DNA of 64,000 nt from Ignavibacteriales bacterium (lineage in GTDB: Bacteria > Bacteroidota > Ignavibacteria > UBA10030 > UBA6906): positions 64,001 to 128,000 of the forward strand of contig JBBIRR010000001.1 in assembly GCA_037441705.1 (NCBI GenBank). Reading direction: 5' to 3'. The notes beneath the pieces were generated by a model, which saw only the letters and a program-made list of their open reading frames with translations, was not told the DNA's origin and did not search any database. Numbering within the stretch: position 1 is the stretch's first letter; each line of letters begins with the position of its first letter. A program made the translations under genes and the position numbers. This document shows, piece after piece, positions 27,185-37,250 of the stretch.

Positions 27185-27760
27185 TCAACCGCGATGCGCT
27201 TTCCGAAGCTGTTCAAGCTGCGGCACCATGTGCTTTTGATAACACTCGGGGCAGATTCCGTGCGAGAAGTTCGCTTCCGTCCGATGGGAGATGTACGTCT
27301 CCATGTGCTGCCACTGGTTCTCATCGTCTTTGATCTTCTTGCAATATGCACAGATCGGAAGCAATCCCTCCAGTTGTTTCACCTCATCCTGCAGCGCCAG
27401 AATGCGTTCGGCAACGCGGATGCGCGCTGCAAGCGTCTCGCGGTCGAACGGTTTGGTGATAAAATCATCTGCTCCTGCTTCCATCCCCTCCAGATATTTT
27501 TCTTTTCCTTCAAGGGACGTGAGAAGAATAACGTAGGTGTATTTCGCTCGCTGCTCGCTCCGCACGCGACGGCACAGCTCCACGCCGGTCATGTTCGGCA
27601 TCACCCAATCAGAGATGATGAGCCGGACATGATGCAGGCAATACGTTCTCCATGCCTCAAGCCCGTCATGGGTCTCGATGACCTCGTGACCAAATGAGCG
27701 CAGGGCGGCTGAAAGCACCTTTCGGGATACGGTATCGTCGTCAGCAGTTAGAATCTTCAT
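27185..27760 (-). CDS. Response regulator with C-terminal Cys/His (putative zinc-binding) output domain
   Basis: REC domain (ADDD, ISDWVMP, LTS, TKPF), coiled coil, then [10 protein letters not shown]...FSHGICPEC. Start at ATG 27760. Confidence 0.88.
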   Translation of the reverse strand: MKILTADDDTVSRKVLSAALRSFGHEVIETHDGLEAWRTYCLHHVRLIISDWVMPNMTGVELCRRVRSEQRAKYTYVILLTSLEGKEKYLEGMEAGADDFITKPFDRETLAARIRVAERILALQDEVKQLEGLLPICAYCKKIKDDENQWQHMETYISHRTEANFSHGICPECYQKHMVPQLEQLRKAHRG

Positions 27761-29993
27761 GATCGAGCTGTGATGTAATGTGTTGAGATAGTGTAGCGAA
27801 TGCTTGCTGAACTCTTGAGACTTCGTTTTCAATGCTTGTCACCAGGTCGCCGGCGCCCGCGAGGTTGTTGCTCTTCGCAGCGAGTTCGAGACTCTGGCAG
27901 TAGGCGGCAAGCTGGGCCGCGCCGATGTTGCGACTTCCGCCCTTCATTGTGTGGGCCACCATTTGCACCGAGCGCGCATCGCCCGCGTCGATTGCCCGAC
28001 GCAAAGCGGCAAGCTGCACCGGCACATCGTTCCGGAACACATGCACCAGCTCCAGCACAAGCGATTCTCCTCCCAGCTCGTTCAGCTCCTGCAAGCGCGC
28101 CTCATCGAGAACCCCGGCGAGGGCCGCCATCAACGGAGGGGTATGCGCCGGCTTCGCTTCGTGACCGGAAGGCTCTTGTTCATCGGACACAGACTCAACC
28201 CAATGCATGATCGTGTTGAAGAGAACGTCGGCTTTGATCGGCTTGGTGACGTAAGCGTCCATACCACAAGCAAAGCAACGATCACGCTCGCTCTGCAACA
28301 CGCTCGCTGTCATCGCCACAATCGGGACATGACTGCCCTTGTGTTCTCGTTGCCGAATGGCTTGCGTTGCCTCGAAGCCGTCCATTTCCGGCATCATGCA
28401 GTCCATCAGAATGATGTCGTAGCGCTTGCGCGATACGGCCTCCAGGGCTTCGCGTCCGTTGTGCGCGATATCCGGAGTGCAGCCAAATTTCTCCAGCATG
28501 CGGACGGCAACTTTCTCGTTCACGGCATTGTCCTCGACGAGCAACACACGCAGCCCGGCCGGAAGTCGTTGTACCAGCCGCGGTTGCTCAAGGGACTCAA
28601 CACCCTGCACAACAGAAGAGGCGGAAGGATCCGGTTCGAGCACGACGCTGAACCAGAACGTGCTGCCCTTACCGGACACGCTATGCACGCCGATCGTCCC
28701 CCCCATCAACTCGGCAAGCTGTTTGCAGATGGCAAGCCCGAGGCCGGTGCCGCCATATTTGCGCGTCGTGGACCCATCCGCCTGGACGAAAGGTTGGAAC
28801 AATGTTCGCTGAACCTCTTCTGGAATACCGATGCCCGTATCGGTGACGGAGAATTGTAGCATGATGTTCTTTCCCGCAGTGGAGACGCGTGAAACGCGCA
28901 CAATGATCTCGCCCTTCTCGGTAAACTTCACGGCGTTGCTCACAAGATTGGTGATGATCTGTCGCAGGCGAATCGGGTCGCCGCGTACCATCCTCGGCAC
29001 ATCGGAGTGTACGACAGCAGCAATCTCGATCCCTTTTGCACGGGCTTTCTGCGTAAACAAGCCGATGGTGCCGTCCAGAACGTGACGCAGGTCGAATGTT
29101 ACCGTCTCTAACGTGAGTTTGTTCGCTTCGATTTTGGAAAAATCCAGGATGTCATTGATGATGGCGAGCAGTGTCTCGCCGCTGGCGTGGATGGTCTCGA
29201 CATAGTCGCGCTGCACCGGATCGAGCCTGGTATCCAGCAACAGTTCGGTCAAGCCCAACACACCGTTCATGGGCGTCCGAATCTCATGACTCATGTTGGC
29301 AAGGAACTGACTTTTTGCTTCGCTCGCTGCCTGCAGCTTGTGCATCGTGTTCTGCAATTCCTTCGTCCGCTCCTGCACGGTTTCTTCGAGCGCGCGATTC
29401 TGCTGATTGATGGTCGAATAGAGCATGGCGTTTTCCAGAGCGCTGGCCGTAATAAACAGCAGAATGGAGAGCAAACTCAGCGTGCCATCGGCAAGCTGGC
29501 CCTGTTCTGCATCCAGCACGCCGACGAACATGCCGAGGACGCGTTCGCGGGTCGCTATGGCATGCAGGGTTACAAGAACTCCGGGCGTACGCGACTCGAC
29601 GATGAGGGGCCGGTTGTGGTTCAATGCCCACGCAAACATCCGCTGCTCGGTTTGATAGGCTACCTCCTGACGGATGACATCCTCATGCTCGGGCGGAAAG
29701 CACTCCGTCAGCACAAATTCATGCGTCGCATCATCGACCATACAGTACGCTACGGTGCGAAACGTGACGAGGCGGAGAACGTGGTCCCTGGCTGCCGTCA
29801 GGATATTCCTTCGATTCCACTCGGTTCGAGACGACGTGTAGAGATCGCTCATGGACGCGACGATATCCAGCGCGTCAAGGTTCATCCGGTTGATTTCCTC
29901 GAGGTACCGGATGCGCGTCTCCAGGTGCTCGATCTGCCGAACGATTTCGGGCGGAAGAGGCCCGTTTGGCCTCGGTAGTGATAGATGCTCCAT
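27741..29993 (-). CDS. Soluble hybrid histidine kinase (GAF-HisKA-HATPase-REC-Hpt)
   Basis: [37 protein letters not shown] (VEDN...MDCMMP...TKP), Hpt AHTMKGGS. No TM segments seen. Confidence 0.95.
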   Translation of the reverse strand: MEHLSLPRPNGPLPPEIVRQIEHLETRIRYLEEINRMNLDALDIVASMSDLYTSSRTEWNRRNILTAARDHVLRLVTFRTVAYCMVDDATHEFVLTECFPPEHEDVIRQEVAYQTEQRMFAWALNHNRPLIVESRTPGVLVTLHAIATRERVLGMFVGVLDAEQGQLADGTLSLLSILLFITASALENAMLYSTINQQNRALEETVQERTKELQNTMHKLQAASEAKSQFLANMSHEIRTPMNGVLGLTELLLDTRLDPVQRDYVETIHASGETLLAIINDILDFSKIEANKLTLETVTFDLRHVLDGTIGLFTQKARAKGIEIAAVVHSDVPRMVRGDPIRLRQIITNLVSNAVKFTEKGEIIVRVSRVSTAGKNIMLQFSVTDTGIGIPEEVQRTLFQPFVQADGSTTRKYGGTGLGLAICKQLAELMGGTIGVHSVSGKGSTFWFSVVLEPDPSASSVVQGVESLEQPRLVQRLPAGLRVLLVEDNAVNEKVAVRMLEKFGCTPDIAHNGREALEAVSRKRYDIILMDCMMPEMDGFEATQAIRQREHKGSHVPIVAMTASVLQSERDRCFACGMDAYVTKPIKADVLFNTIMHWVESVSDEQEPSGHEAKPAHTPPLMAALAGVLDEARLQELNELGGESLVLELVHVFRNDVPVQLAALRRAIDAGDARSVQMVAHTMKGGSRNIGAAQLAAYCQSLELAAKSNNLAGAGDLVTSIENEVSRVQQAFATLSQHITSQLDHEDSNC

Positions 29994-30004
29994 TGCGAAT
30001 TCTC

Positions 30005-30847
30005 TTACAGAATCAGTTTCACCGCATCGGCAAACTGCCGGTCAATCTGCTCCATCGTTGGCGCGAGGATGCTGATGGAGAAACCCAAACGCTCCCACGC
30101 ATCCGGATGCAACGCCGGTACAAACTGTTCCCCGCTGCTGCCAAGACCCATGCTGTGCGCGATAATGTCCGCAACATGAACGATTGCGGTTTCGATGGGA
30201 AAGCGTGTTGCCTGCGACGGGCGATGGTGAAACGCAACCACCTCTTCCTGGTGCACAGGCAGTCGCCAGGCCTGCATCAGCGCGCGACCAACGGCGGCAT
30301 GATCAAAACCAATGGACTGTTCTTCTGCGACGTGGAGCAATTCGTTGTTTTTCCTCGCCCGTAGCAATGCCGTACGGGAAAGGTCGGGAATCTTCACATA
30401 CATCACGAGGCGCCCGATGTCGTGAAGAATACCGGACACGAAGAACCGTTCAACATTCGGCTCTCGACGAACTGCCGCCATTGCGCGCGCAGCGATCCCC
30501 ACGCCGATGCTGTGCTTCCAGAATCTCTCCATATCCACCAGATCGTCAGGAATTCCGGAGAAGACTTTCATAACGGAAGTCGCGAGCGCCAGGTCCCGCA
30601 ATTGCTGCGTTCCAACGATTGCTATTGCCTGTGTGATCGAGTCAATCCTTTGGGGAAAGCTGAAGAAGGCGCTGTTCACGACCATCAGAAGGCGTGCGGT
30701 GAGGCCGGCATCCTCGCTGATGATCCTGGCGATGTCCTGCATGGACGAGCGGGGATTGTTGACTGCTTCATTGACGCGCGCAAAGATGGTGGGTAGCGAG
30801 GCAACCTCTACGTAACCCTTGAGCAGATCATGCGGACCGGTTATCAC
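30005..30847 (-). CDS. HDOD-domain protein (second stand-alone copy)
   Basis: [54 protein letters not shown] start at 30847 overlaps the upstream TGA. Confidence 0.92.
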   Translation of the reverse strand: MITGPHDLLKGYVEVASLPTIFARVNEAVNNPRSSMQDIARIISEDAGLTARLLMVVNSAFFSFPQRIDSITQAIAIVGTQQLRDLALATSVMKVFSGIPDDLVDMERFWKHSIGVGIAARAMAAVRREPNVERFFVSGILHDIGRLVMYVKIPDLSRTALLRARKNNELLHVAEEQSIGFDHAAVGRALMQAWRLPVHQEEVVAFHHRPSQATRFPIETAIVHVADIIAHSMGLGSSGEQFVPALHPDAWERLGFSISILAPTMEQIDRQFADAVKLIL

Positions 30848-31191
30848 AACTCCATCCCTTTCATGGTCTGCTGCACGGCCCGAACCACACACAGGCGCAA
30901 GAGTTCTTGACTGAAGGGATGTTGAAGATCGCAGTGTCGAAACAGGCTGCGATAGGATGCCTCTGCGTGCGCGAGCAGTTCTTGATCCAACTCCATACAC
31001 TCCTGTGCATTGATCTCTTCTCGATCAACGCCCTGAACATCGGCTTCCGGAACACCCCACTGACGGAGCACCGTCAAGTGTCGCTCCGTCAATTCCAGAC
31101 CGGCTTTGAGCAGGACACGGCGATTGCGGTCGAGAATGTCCGCCGCCAGCACCATGCCGGGCCGCAATTGATCCAAATTGAGTTTTCCCAT
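30844..31191 (-). CDS. 115-aa protein resembling the N-terminal (DUF3391-like) domain of HD-GYP proteins
   Basis: LRPGMVLAADILD...VLLKAGLELTERHLTVLRQWGV; stop/start overlap with the HDOD gene. Confidence 0.7.
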   Translation of the reverse strand: MGKLNLDQLRPGMVLAADILDRNRRVLLKAGLELTERHLTVLRQWGVPEADVQGVDREEINAQECMELDQELLAHAEASYRSLFRHCDLQHPFSQELLRLCVVRAVQQTMKGMEL

Positions 31192-31208
31192 AGGACCTTG
31201 CAAATCAT

Positions 31209-31433
31209 TTAGTCGGCATTGCGCTGAAAGCGTCTTGCTTCGACCGTCAGAGATGTTCCGCACGTGGGGATAACATGCGTGAAGACCAGTACCCCGTCGG
31301 CTGGAAGGCCAACGAGGACTTGCTGCGTTCTCCATTGGTAGCCCTCCAAGCGAAGGTCGCGGTCGGCAAGAAAATCGTCCTTCGACTTCCACTGCATGCC
31401 GCAGAGTGAACATTGTTTGAATGATTCGTTCAT
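31209..31433 (-). CDS. Small Cys/His protein (putative zinc ribbon), 74 aa
   Basis: FKQCSLCG...FTHVIPTCGT; AGGAG RBS; first gene after a consensus sigma54 promoter. Confidence 0.7.
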   Translation of the reverse strand: MNESFKQCSLCGMQWKSKDDFLADRDLRLEGYQWRTQQVLVGLPADGVLVFTHVIPTCGTSLTVEARRFQRNAD

Positions 31434-31482
31434 AACCGGTCACTCCTGCTCAGCCGATGACTGTCTCACGATGCCGCTAAGG

Positions 31483-31497
31483 GCAAAGCATGTGCCA
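31483..31497 (-). promoter_or_regulatory. Sigma54 (-24/-12) promoter of the accessory signalling operon
   Basis: Minus strand TGGCAC-ATGCT-TTGC, a consensus match, about 50 nt upstream of the 74-aa gene. Confidence 0.82.
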
Positions 31498-31589
31498 CGA
31501 CTTACGCGATGCGAGATGCAAGCAGATGGGTATCTGTGCGAGAACGAAGGGACTGCTTCCGGAGAGGAATGTTCCCCGGAAGAGCGTGC

Positions 31590-31605
31590 TGGTTACTATT
31601 GTTCA
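31590..31605. promoter_or_regulatory. Putative enhancer (UAS) motif copy, TGGTTACTATTGTTCA
   Basis: 12/16 identical to the flgB copy; about 93 bp upstream of -24. An inverted repeat CTTCCGG-N13-CCGGAAG lies at 31556-31582. Confidence 0.4.
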
Positions 31606-31642
31606 GATGGTCAGAAAGGATGGAACAGAGATGGGCGCAGGC

Positions 31643-32089
31643 TCAATTCGCTGCAAGCACATCGCGTACAGTCTGCACGAACTCCGAAGGGCGAAACGGT
31701 TTTTGGAGTGCCCGCAGAGATTCCTGTTCGAGCAAAGCACCGATAATCTCCCCGGGAGTGTACGCCGTGCAGAAGAATGCTTTGACCGTAGGTTTGATCT
31801 TTTTCATCTCAAGATATGTCTGGCCCCCATCAAGTTTCGGCATCAGGAGGTCAAGGACGACGAGGGCGATCTCGTCATGGTGGCGGCGAAAAAGCTCAAC
31901 GGCCTCCAGCCCATCGCCCGCCACCATCACGCGATATCCGTTCTCCTCCAGCAATTCTTTCCCCAACTCCTGCATCAACGATTCATCATCAACGAGCAAA
32001 ATCAACTGCTTGGGCAAAGGTTCAACCTGGTGTTCGGACGTCTGATACGACCGGCCTGGAGATTGCGCAGGGAGTGCCGATGTTGTCAT
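31643..32089 (-). CDS. Single-domain response regulator (receiver only)
   Basis: LLVDDE, VVLDLLMP, CTAY, QKPF. Confidence 0.9.
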   Translation of the reverse strand: MTTSALPAQSPGRSYQTSEHQVEPLPKQLILLVDDESLMQELGKELLEENGYRVMVAGDGLEAVELFRRHHDEIALVVLDLLMPKLDGGQTYLEMKKIKPTVKAFFCTAYTPGEIIGALLEQESLRALQKPFRPSEFVQTVRDVLAAN

Positions 32090-32107
32090 GGAGGGGTCTT
32101 TCCAAGG

Positions 32108-33571
32108 TTATTGTTGAATGTCCGCCGGGCGATCTGCAACAACGGTGAAGCTCCGCTGCTCAGGGTGAATACCAAGCTGATCCATGCGGTAGCGGAGCTT
32201 CGAGCGTGTGAGGCCGAGAATCCGTGCGGCGTGCACCTGGTTGCCGTTGGTGAGAGCGAGCGTCTGCAAGATGAGATCCCGCACCACATGCGCCATGGTG
32301 ACACCGGTTCGAGGGATCTCAAGGCGGTAGGTATTGCTGCTTGCCTGTCCATTCGTCGCTTTACTGTTACCGGAAGCCAGGAAGGAAAACTGCTCGGCGG
32401 TGAGCAACGGCCCGTTATTGAGAAGGACAACGCGTTCGATTGCATTGCGCAGTTCTCGTACGTTCCCTTTCCAGGGCAAGCTTTGCAGGAGCGTGAGCGC
32501 ATCGTCCGAAAGTTTTGGCACCTGTTTGTTGAACTTCTTGCTGAACTCCTGCAAGAATGCATACGAGATGACGGCAATGTCTTCCTTGCGCTCGCGCAGC
32601 GGGGCGATTCGTACCAATGCAACGTTCAATCGGTAGAAGAGGTCTTCGCGGAATCTCCCCTCTTCGACTTCCTTGGCAAGGTCCCTGTTCGACGCGGCAA
32701 TCACGCGAACGTCGACCGTCAGCTCGCGGGTGCCGCCGAGCCGGTAGAAACGATGATCCTCCAGCACGCGCAGCAGTTTGACCTGCATGTCCAGCGACAG
32801 TTCGCCGATCTCGTCCAGGAAGATGGTGCCGCCGTTTGCCAGTTCGAACTTGCCCTGCCGCATCCGATCCGTCGCGCCGGTGAAGGCTCCTTTCTCATAG
32901 CCGAAGAATTCACTTTCGGCGAGATTCTTCGGGATGGCTCCGCAGTTCAGGGTGATGAACGGCTTGTCGGCGCGAGCACTTTTCTGGTAGATGAAACGCG
33001 CCAGCAGTTCCTTGCCTGTCCCGCTTTCTCCTTCCAACAGAACCGTCGTATCCGTCTGTGCGAGTTTCTCAGCCGTCTCCAGCGTGCGCCGGAGGGCCGG
33101 GCTTCTGCCGATAATCCCGCTGCGCACACGCTGCTCCTCCAATTCGGTTTGCAGGAGCTCGACCTTCCGCTTGAGGCGCGACTGTTCCATCGCCTTTTCA
33201 ATCAACACACTCAAATGCGAAAGATCGAACGGCTTGAGGACGAAATCGATCGCCCCTTCCTTCATGGCCTCAACGGCAAGCGCAACATCAGCGTGGCCCG
33301 TCATCATCAACACGGGTGTGTCGTTCCCCTCTTCCTTCATCTTGCGCAGCAATTGTAGGCCGTTCACCTTCCCCATGAAGATGTCCAGCAGCACCAGGTC
33401 CGGATTCACGTCGGCGAGTGTCGACAGAAACTGCTCACCGGAAAGACACGTGCTGACGGAGTAGCCCGAAGAACCAAGAATGTTCTGCAGGCTTTCGGTC
33501 AGAATTTTTTCGTCATCGACGACGAGGATTCTCCCTCTTGACATAAATGGTTCGTCCCCCCAATGGTTCAT
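32108..33571 (-). CDS. Sigma54-dependent enhancer-binding response regulator (REC-AAA+-HTH; FlgR/FleR/NtrC-like)
   Basis: REC domain with LLDIFM, Walker A GESGTGKE, intact GAFTGA, Walker [37 protein letters not shown]. Confidence 0.95.
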   Translation of the reverse strand: MNHWGDEPFMSRGRILVVDDEKILTESLQNILGSSGYSVSTCLSGEQFLSTLADVNPDLVLLDIFMGKVNGLQLLRKMKEEGNDTPVLMMTGHADVALAVEAMKEGAIDFVLKPFDLSHLSVLIEKAMEQSRLKRKVELLQTELEEQRVRSGIIGRSPALRRTLETAEKLAQTDTTVLLEGESGTGKELLARFIYQKSARADKPFITLNCGAIPKNLAESEFFGYEKGAFTGATDRMRQGKFELANGGTIFLDEIGELSLDMQVKLLRVLEDHRFYRLGGTRELTVDVRVIAASNRDLAKEVEEGRFREDLFYRLNVALVRIAPLRERKEDIAVISYAFLQEFSKKFNKQVPKLSDDALTLLQSLPWKGNVRELRNAIERVVLLNNGPLLTAEQFSFLASGNSKATNGQASSNTYRLEIPRTGVTMAHVVRDLILQTLALTNGNQVHAARILGLTRSKLRYRMDQLGIHPEQRSFTVVADRPADIQQ

Positions 33572-35232
33572 TGAATAGGAAACAGGAGCCGCGCAATGGT
33601 GCCCCCACCAACTGCCGGCTCGATGCGAATCTCGGCTTTGTGTTTGTCCATGATCTGCTTGGAAAGCGCTAAGCCCAACCCGGTGCCGCCGAGTTTGGTG
33701 GTATGGAACGGCTCGAACAGATGCTTCATCTGTTCGGGCGGGATACCGGGCCCGCGATCGAGAATGACAACCGCTACACGCTGACCGGCCTGTGTGCCGC
33801 GCGCCTTCACATCCTCAAACAGACACGTCGAGACGGTGACGGTGCCGTGCTCGGGCGTGCAATCAATGGCATTCTGGATGAGGTTCAGCACCACCTGCTC
33901 GATTTGCTTTGCTTCCACGTTGACCGGCGGAAGGTCATCGGCGAGGTTGGTTTCGACCGTGATGTTCTTCTGCGCAAGATGGGTTTTCAGAAAGCGGACT
34001 GCCTCGCTGACAATCCCGTTGATATTTTCAGGCCTCACAATTGGAGGCGTGACGCGGGCAAGGTTCAGCGTGTTCTCGATAATTTTGCCGATGCGCTGCG
34101 CACCATCGATCGCGAAGTCCAACGCCGTCTTGTCGGGAAAGTTAGGCGGAAGACGCTTTGCAAGGTACTGCAGGTTCAGCGTGATGGCCGCAAGCGGATT
34201 GCGGATGTCATGCGCGATGCTCGCCGCAAGTCGCCCCATGAACGCCATCTTCTCCGACTGAAGCAGGTGCCGTCGCATCTTCTTCTGCTCGGTAATGTCA
34301 AGGGCATAGAGCAAGATCTTCTTGTCGGTTTGCTCGGCATACGGACCGACAGCAAGCTCTACTTCGACGAACGCGCCGTCTTTCCGCCGCAGGAAGGTTT
34401 CCTTGGAAAAGAATGCGCCGGATTGGAGGATGGACTTGGCCGTGGAGGCATCCTCCACGAACGAGAGCGGCTCCAGCGACAGGAGTTCTTCACGTGAGTA
34501 CCCCAGAAGCGACAGGCCCTCGGCATTCACGTCCAGCACGGAGCCGTCTTCTCTGCTCAGAATGAAAATCCCGACGCTGGCGTGCTCGAAGAGATTGCGA
34601 TACCGCGCTTCCGACGCCTGAATCTCTCGGTTCTTGCGCGCAAGGGTCTCGGCATACAACTCCAACTCGTGCATCTTCTCTTCGAGTTTCTTGACAATCA
34701 ACGCGTGATGGCGCTGAAGAAAGGCAACATCGTCCACGGGCGCCGTGGACACCTGCACGAGCGAGGGCCGTGCTTCTGTCGACTTCCCATACTTCTGACG
34801 GAGAAGATCGTCCACGGCCTGCATGAGAGCCGTCAGCCCCTCAACCTTCATTACATAGGCATCGACGCCGATACTTTTGGCAAAGTCCTGATCCTCGACA
34901 TCAACGTAGTGGCCGGTGTAGATGATGAATGGAATGCCAGAGTACTTTCGGTGTTGCCTCACCTCGCGGCAAAGCTGGAAGCCGTCCATCGTCGGCATCA
35001 TCGCATCCGACACAATAAGATGAATCTCCATCTCCTCGAGACGCTGCAGCGCCTCTTCGCCCGATTCCGCCGAAACGACCGCAAACCCCTGGCCCGAAAG
35101 TACCTCCTGAAGCAGGTGCAGGTTCTCCGCCAGATCATCAACCACCAGAACGCGCACGCTGCTCGGGGTGAGTTCCGCTAAAGTCGCTGAAGGGCTGCTC
35201 ACCCCCGTGACCATATCTCCCCTGATAGACAT
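33568..35232 (-). CDS. Soluble REC-PAS histidine kinase, probable partner of the sigma54 activator
   Basis: N-terminal REC (VVDD, VSDAMMP), PAS (YRNLFEHA...RRKDG), H-box [30 protein letters not shown] overlap with the activator. Confidence 0.92.
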   Translation of the reverse strand: MSIRGDMVTGVSSPSATLAELTPSSVRVLVVDDLAENLHLLQEVLSGQGFAVVSAESGEEALQRLEEMEIHLIVSDAMMPTMDGFQLCREVRQHRKYSGIPFIIYTGHYVDVEDQDFAKSIGVDAYVMKVEGLTALMQAVDDLLRQKYGKSTEARPSLVQVSTAPVDDVAFLQRHHALIVKKLEEKMHELELYAETLARKNREIQASEARYRNLFEHASVGIFILSREDGSVLDVNAEGLSLLGYSREELLSLEPLSFVEDASTAKSILQSGAFFSKETFLRRKDGAFVEVELAVGPYAEQTDKKILLYALDITEQKKMRRHLLQSEKMAFMGRLAASIAHDIRNPLAAITLNLQYLAKRLPPNFPDKTALDFAIDGAQRIGKIIENTLNLARVTPPIVRPENINGIVSEAVRFLKTHLAQKNITVETNLADDLPPVNVEAKQIEQVVLNLIQNAIDCTPEHGTVTVSTCLFEDVKARGTQAGQRVAVVILDRGPGIPPEQMKHLFEPFHTTKLGGTGLGLALSKQIMDKHKAEIRIEPAVGGGTIARLLFPIQ

Positions 35233-35285
35233 TATTCCCCTGACGAACTGTAGAACGATGAAGTCTCTTCGTACTTCTCTCCAGC

Positions 35286-35316
35286 CAAATGTACAATAGT
35301 TCTCATCTGTTCACAA
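35286..35316 (-). promoter_or_regulatory. Putative housekeeping-sigma promoter of the kinase/activator operon
   Basis: TTG-N20-TACATTTG, matching the Bacteroidetes-type -33 TTG / -7 TAnnTTTG; also readable as TTGTGA-17-TACATT. Confidence 0.5.
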
Positions 35317-35438
35317 TACGCCAAAGAGCGTAATTTCATCACGTTCAACATCGTATTTTTTGTTCGGAATGAGCAACGCGTGTGTGTAAAGCGCGGGCAA
35401 ACAGACAACGATGTGTGGAGGGGAGGCGGCGTTACCGC

Positions 35439-36104
35439 TTACCGCTGCATGATCACAATTCCGTTCTTGATGGCGTACGTCACCAACCCGGCGGTGTCGT
35501 GGATGTCGAGCTTCTTCATGATATTATGACGGTGGGTGTCAACGGTTCGCACGCTGATCTGCAGACGATCGGCGATCTGCTGGTGGAGATAGCCCTCGGC
35601 AATCAGTTGAAGAATCTCGCGTTCACGGGCGGTGAGAGGTCGCGACGGTTTTCTGCCGGGCGCGGTTGAGGGACGGCTGACGTAGCTATCGATGATGATC
35701 TTCGAAACCGATGGACTGAAGAACGCCTGGCCGCTATGAACACTCCGGATTGCGGCGTAGAGATCTTCCAGGAAACTATTCTTGAGGATGTAACCGTTGG
35801 CTCCCGATTGAATCGTCTGCAGGATGTACTCGTCGTTGTCGTATCCCGAGAGCACCAACACTTTCATCTCCGGCATCCTCTTCTTGATCTGCCGGGTCGC
35901 TTCCAGCCCATTGAGGATGGGCATGCCGATATCCATGAGCACGACGTCGGGATTTTTGCTGACGGCAAGGTCAACAGCCTCGCGCCCGTTCTCCGCCTCG
36001 GCGACAACCTCGAAATCGGGATTCAGTGAAAGAAGAGACACTATGCCGCTGCGAACGATCGTATGATCGTCCGCAACAAGGATGGTGATTTTTTTTGCTG
36101 ACAT
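35439..36104 (-). CDS. NarL/FixJ-family DNA-binding response regulator (REC + LuxR HTH)
   Basis: VADDH, LMDIGMP, GYILK, LTAREREILQLIAEG, RTVDTHRHNIMKKL. Start at ATG 36104 (GGGGAG RBS). Confidence 0.95.
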   Translation of the reverse strand: MSAKKITILVADDHTIVRSGIVSLLSLNPDFEVVAEAENGREAVDLAVSKNPDVVLMDIGMPILNGLEATRQIKKRMPEMKVLVLSGYDNDEYILQTIQSGANGYILKNSFLEDLYAAIRSVHSGQAFFSPSVSKIIIDSYVSRPSTAPGRKPSRPLTAREREILQLIAEGYLHQQIADRLQISVRTVDTHRHNIMKKLDIHDTAGLVTYAIKNGIVIMQR

Positions 36105-36161
36105 CAGTGCATCTCCCCCATTACCATTGGATGCCGAGAGAAGAGGTGGAGCGAACACCGT

Positions 36162-36190
36162 CAATATAACGAAACGAAAGGGAAAATCAA
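36162..36190 (-). promoter_or_regulatory. Putative housekeeping promoter of the NarL-type regulator
   Basis: TTG-N19-TATATTG with TTTCGT directly before the -7/-10 box, the same pattern as at 55900. Confidence 0.5.
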
Positions 36191-36251
36191 TCGCTGCGAG
36201 GTGGGTGCGTGAGATGGGTCAAGGGTGACCTGATGGCAAGAAATGACCCCG

Positions 36252-36518
36252 CTACGCCGTCGGCGGCCGTTTCAAGTCCTTCATCAGCCCCTCAACAACT
36301 TTTTCGGTCACCGCGCGGGTTTCGTAGAACCCAGACTTCACGCGCTCCTGGATTTCTGCAAATCGCCGAACCCGTTCTGCTGCAAACAATTGCAGCGACT
36401 CTTCCGAAAGCTCGACCTTGTCCTGGCCACCGGGTGCCAGAGTGGACTTGTCTTTGGTTTTTGCGTTGTCAACAACGGGCGGTACGGTATGTCCGAACCC
36501 AATTCTTTCGATAGCCAT
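36252..36518 (-). CDS. flgM: Anti-sigma28 factor FlgM
   Basis: DKVELSEES...RFAEIQERVKSGFY...EKVVEGLM matches the FlgM DxVxLS...IxxGxY pattern; last gene of the fliC operon. Confidence 0.78.
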   Translation of the reverse strand: MAIERIGFGHTVPPVVDNAKTKDKSTLAPGGQDKVELSEESLQLFAAERVRRFAEIQERVKSGFYETRAVTEKVVEGLMKDLKRPPTA

Positions 36519-36529
36519 GACGCTTCCTC

Positions 36530-36880
36530 TCAACGTGAATAGGCAAGAAGCTGTTTTTGGTTGCGTGCCTGCCGCAATTGTTCTGCAACTTCATCCTTTT
36601 TGTGAACGACCAACGTCCTGAGCTGGTGATCGGTATTCTGCAACAGGTCGGTGAGGGGTTTCAACCGAACCAGGTCTCCTCGGATACTATCGGCATTCTG
36701 CCGGAAATCTTTCCACTGCGCCAGCAGAACGGACTGCTGTTCTAACAGTTTTTCGCGGCGGTCCAGAAGTTCGTGCAACGATGAAAGATCGTCGCCCTGG
36801 ACGGTCGAGCAGAGCTGCCGCGTCACCTCGATCAGCGAAAGCAGCGTTGAACGAAGCAGGTCAAACGTCGCCGTGCTCAT
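36530..36880 (-). CDS. fliT: FliT-like helical chaperone
   Basis: 116-aa helical protein with LLDRREKLL and a C-terminal LLAY; lies downstream of fliD/flaG. Confidence 0.6.
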   Translation of the reverse strand: MSTATFDLLRSTLLSLIEVTRQLCSTVQGDDLSSLHELLDRREKLLEQQSVLLAQWKDFRQNADSIRGDLVRLKPLTDLLQNTDHQLRTLVVHKKDEVAEQLRQARNQKQLLAYSR

Positions 36881-37233
36881 GCGTTCCCGTCAATCAAAAG
36901 ACCCAGGAGCTTGCTGAGCCGGGAAGCAATCCGCAGCGCTTCTTCTGCCGGAATCTGGCGGATGACCTCGTGCGTCTTGCTGTTGATAATCTTCAGCACA
37001 ATCTTGTCGGTCTCTTTATCGACCGAGAAGTTCAGCTCCGTGTGCATGGCCAGTAGATTGTCGTTCACCTCTCGCACAATTCTTTCCACTTCTTCTTGCG
37101 AGAGTTTTTTTTGCTGATGGGACTGCTGCACCTGCGCGTCGCCCTGCATCGAGCGGCGTGTCGGCTCCATGAACAGTTTTTCGGGGGAAGACACTTGCAT
37201 CGGTGCAAGTGGTGTTTCAATCGCTAATGACAT
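36877..37233 (-). CDS. flaG: Flagellar protein FlaG
   Basis: LNFSVDKET...EVIRQIPAEEAL...GLLID. Confidence 0.93.
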   Translation of the reverse strand: MSLAIETPLAPMQVSSPEKLFMEPTRRSMQGDAQVQQSHQQKKLSQEEVERIVREVNDNLLAMHTELNFSVDKETDKIVLKIINSKTHEVIRQIPAEEALRIASRLSKLLGLLIDGNA

Positions 37234-37250
37234 TTCCTTGTCCTCCCTGC

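Noticed and set aside
30844-31191. MshEN c-di-GMP-binding motif in the 115-aa protein
   Set aside because: LLxxG is present, but the required RLG start and terminal Q spacing are not.
31490-33358. 622-aa plus-strand ORF
   Set aside because: Antisense shadow of the sigma54 activator and receiver genes, with no recognisable motifs. Such shadows are expected at this GC content.
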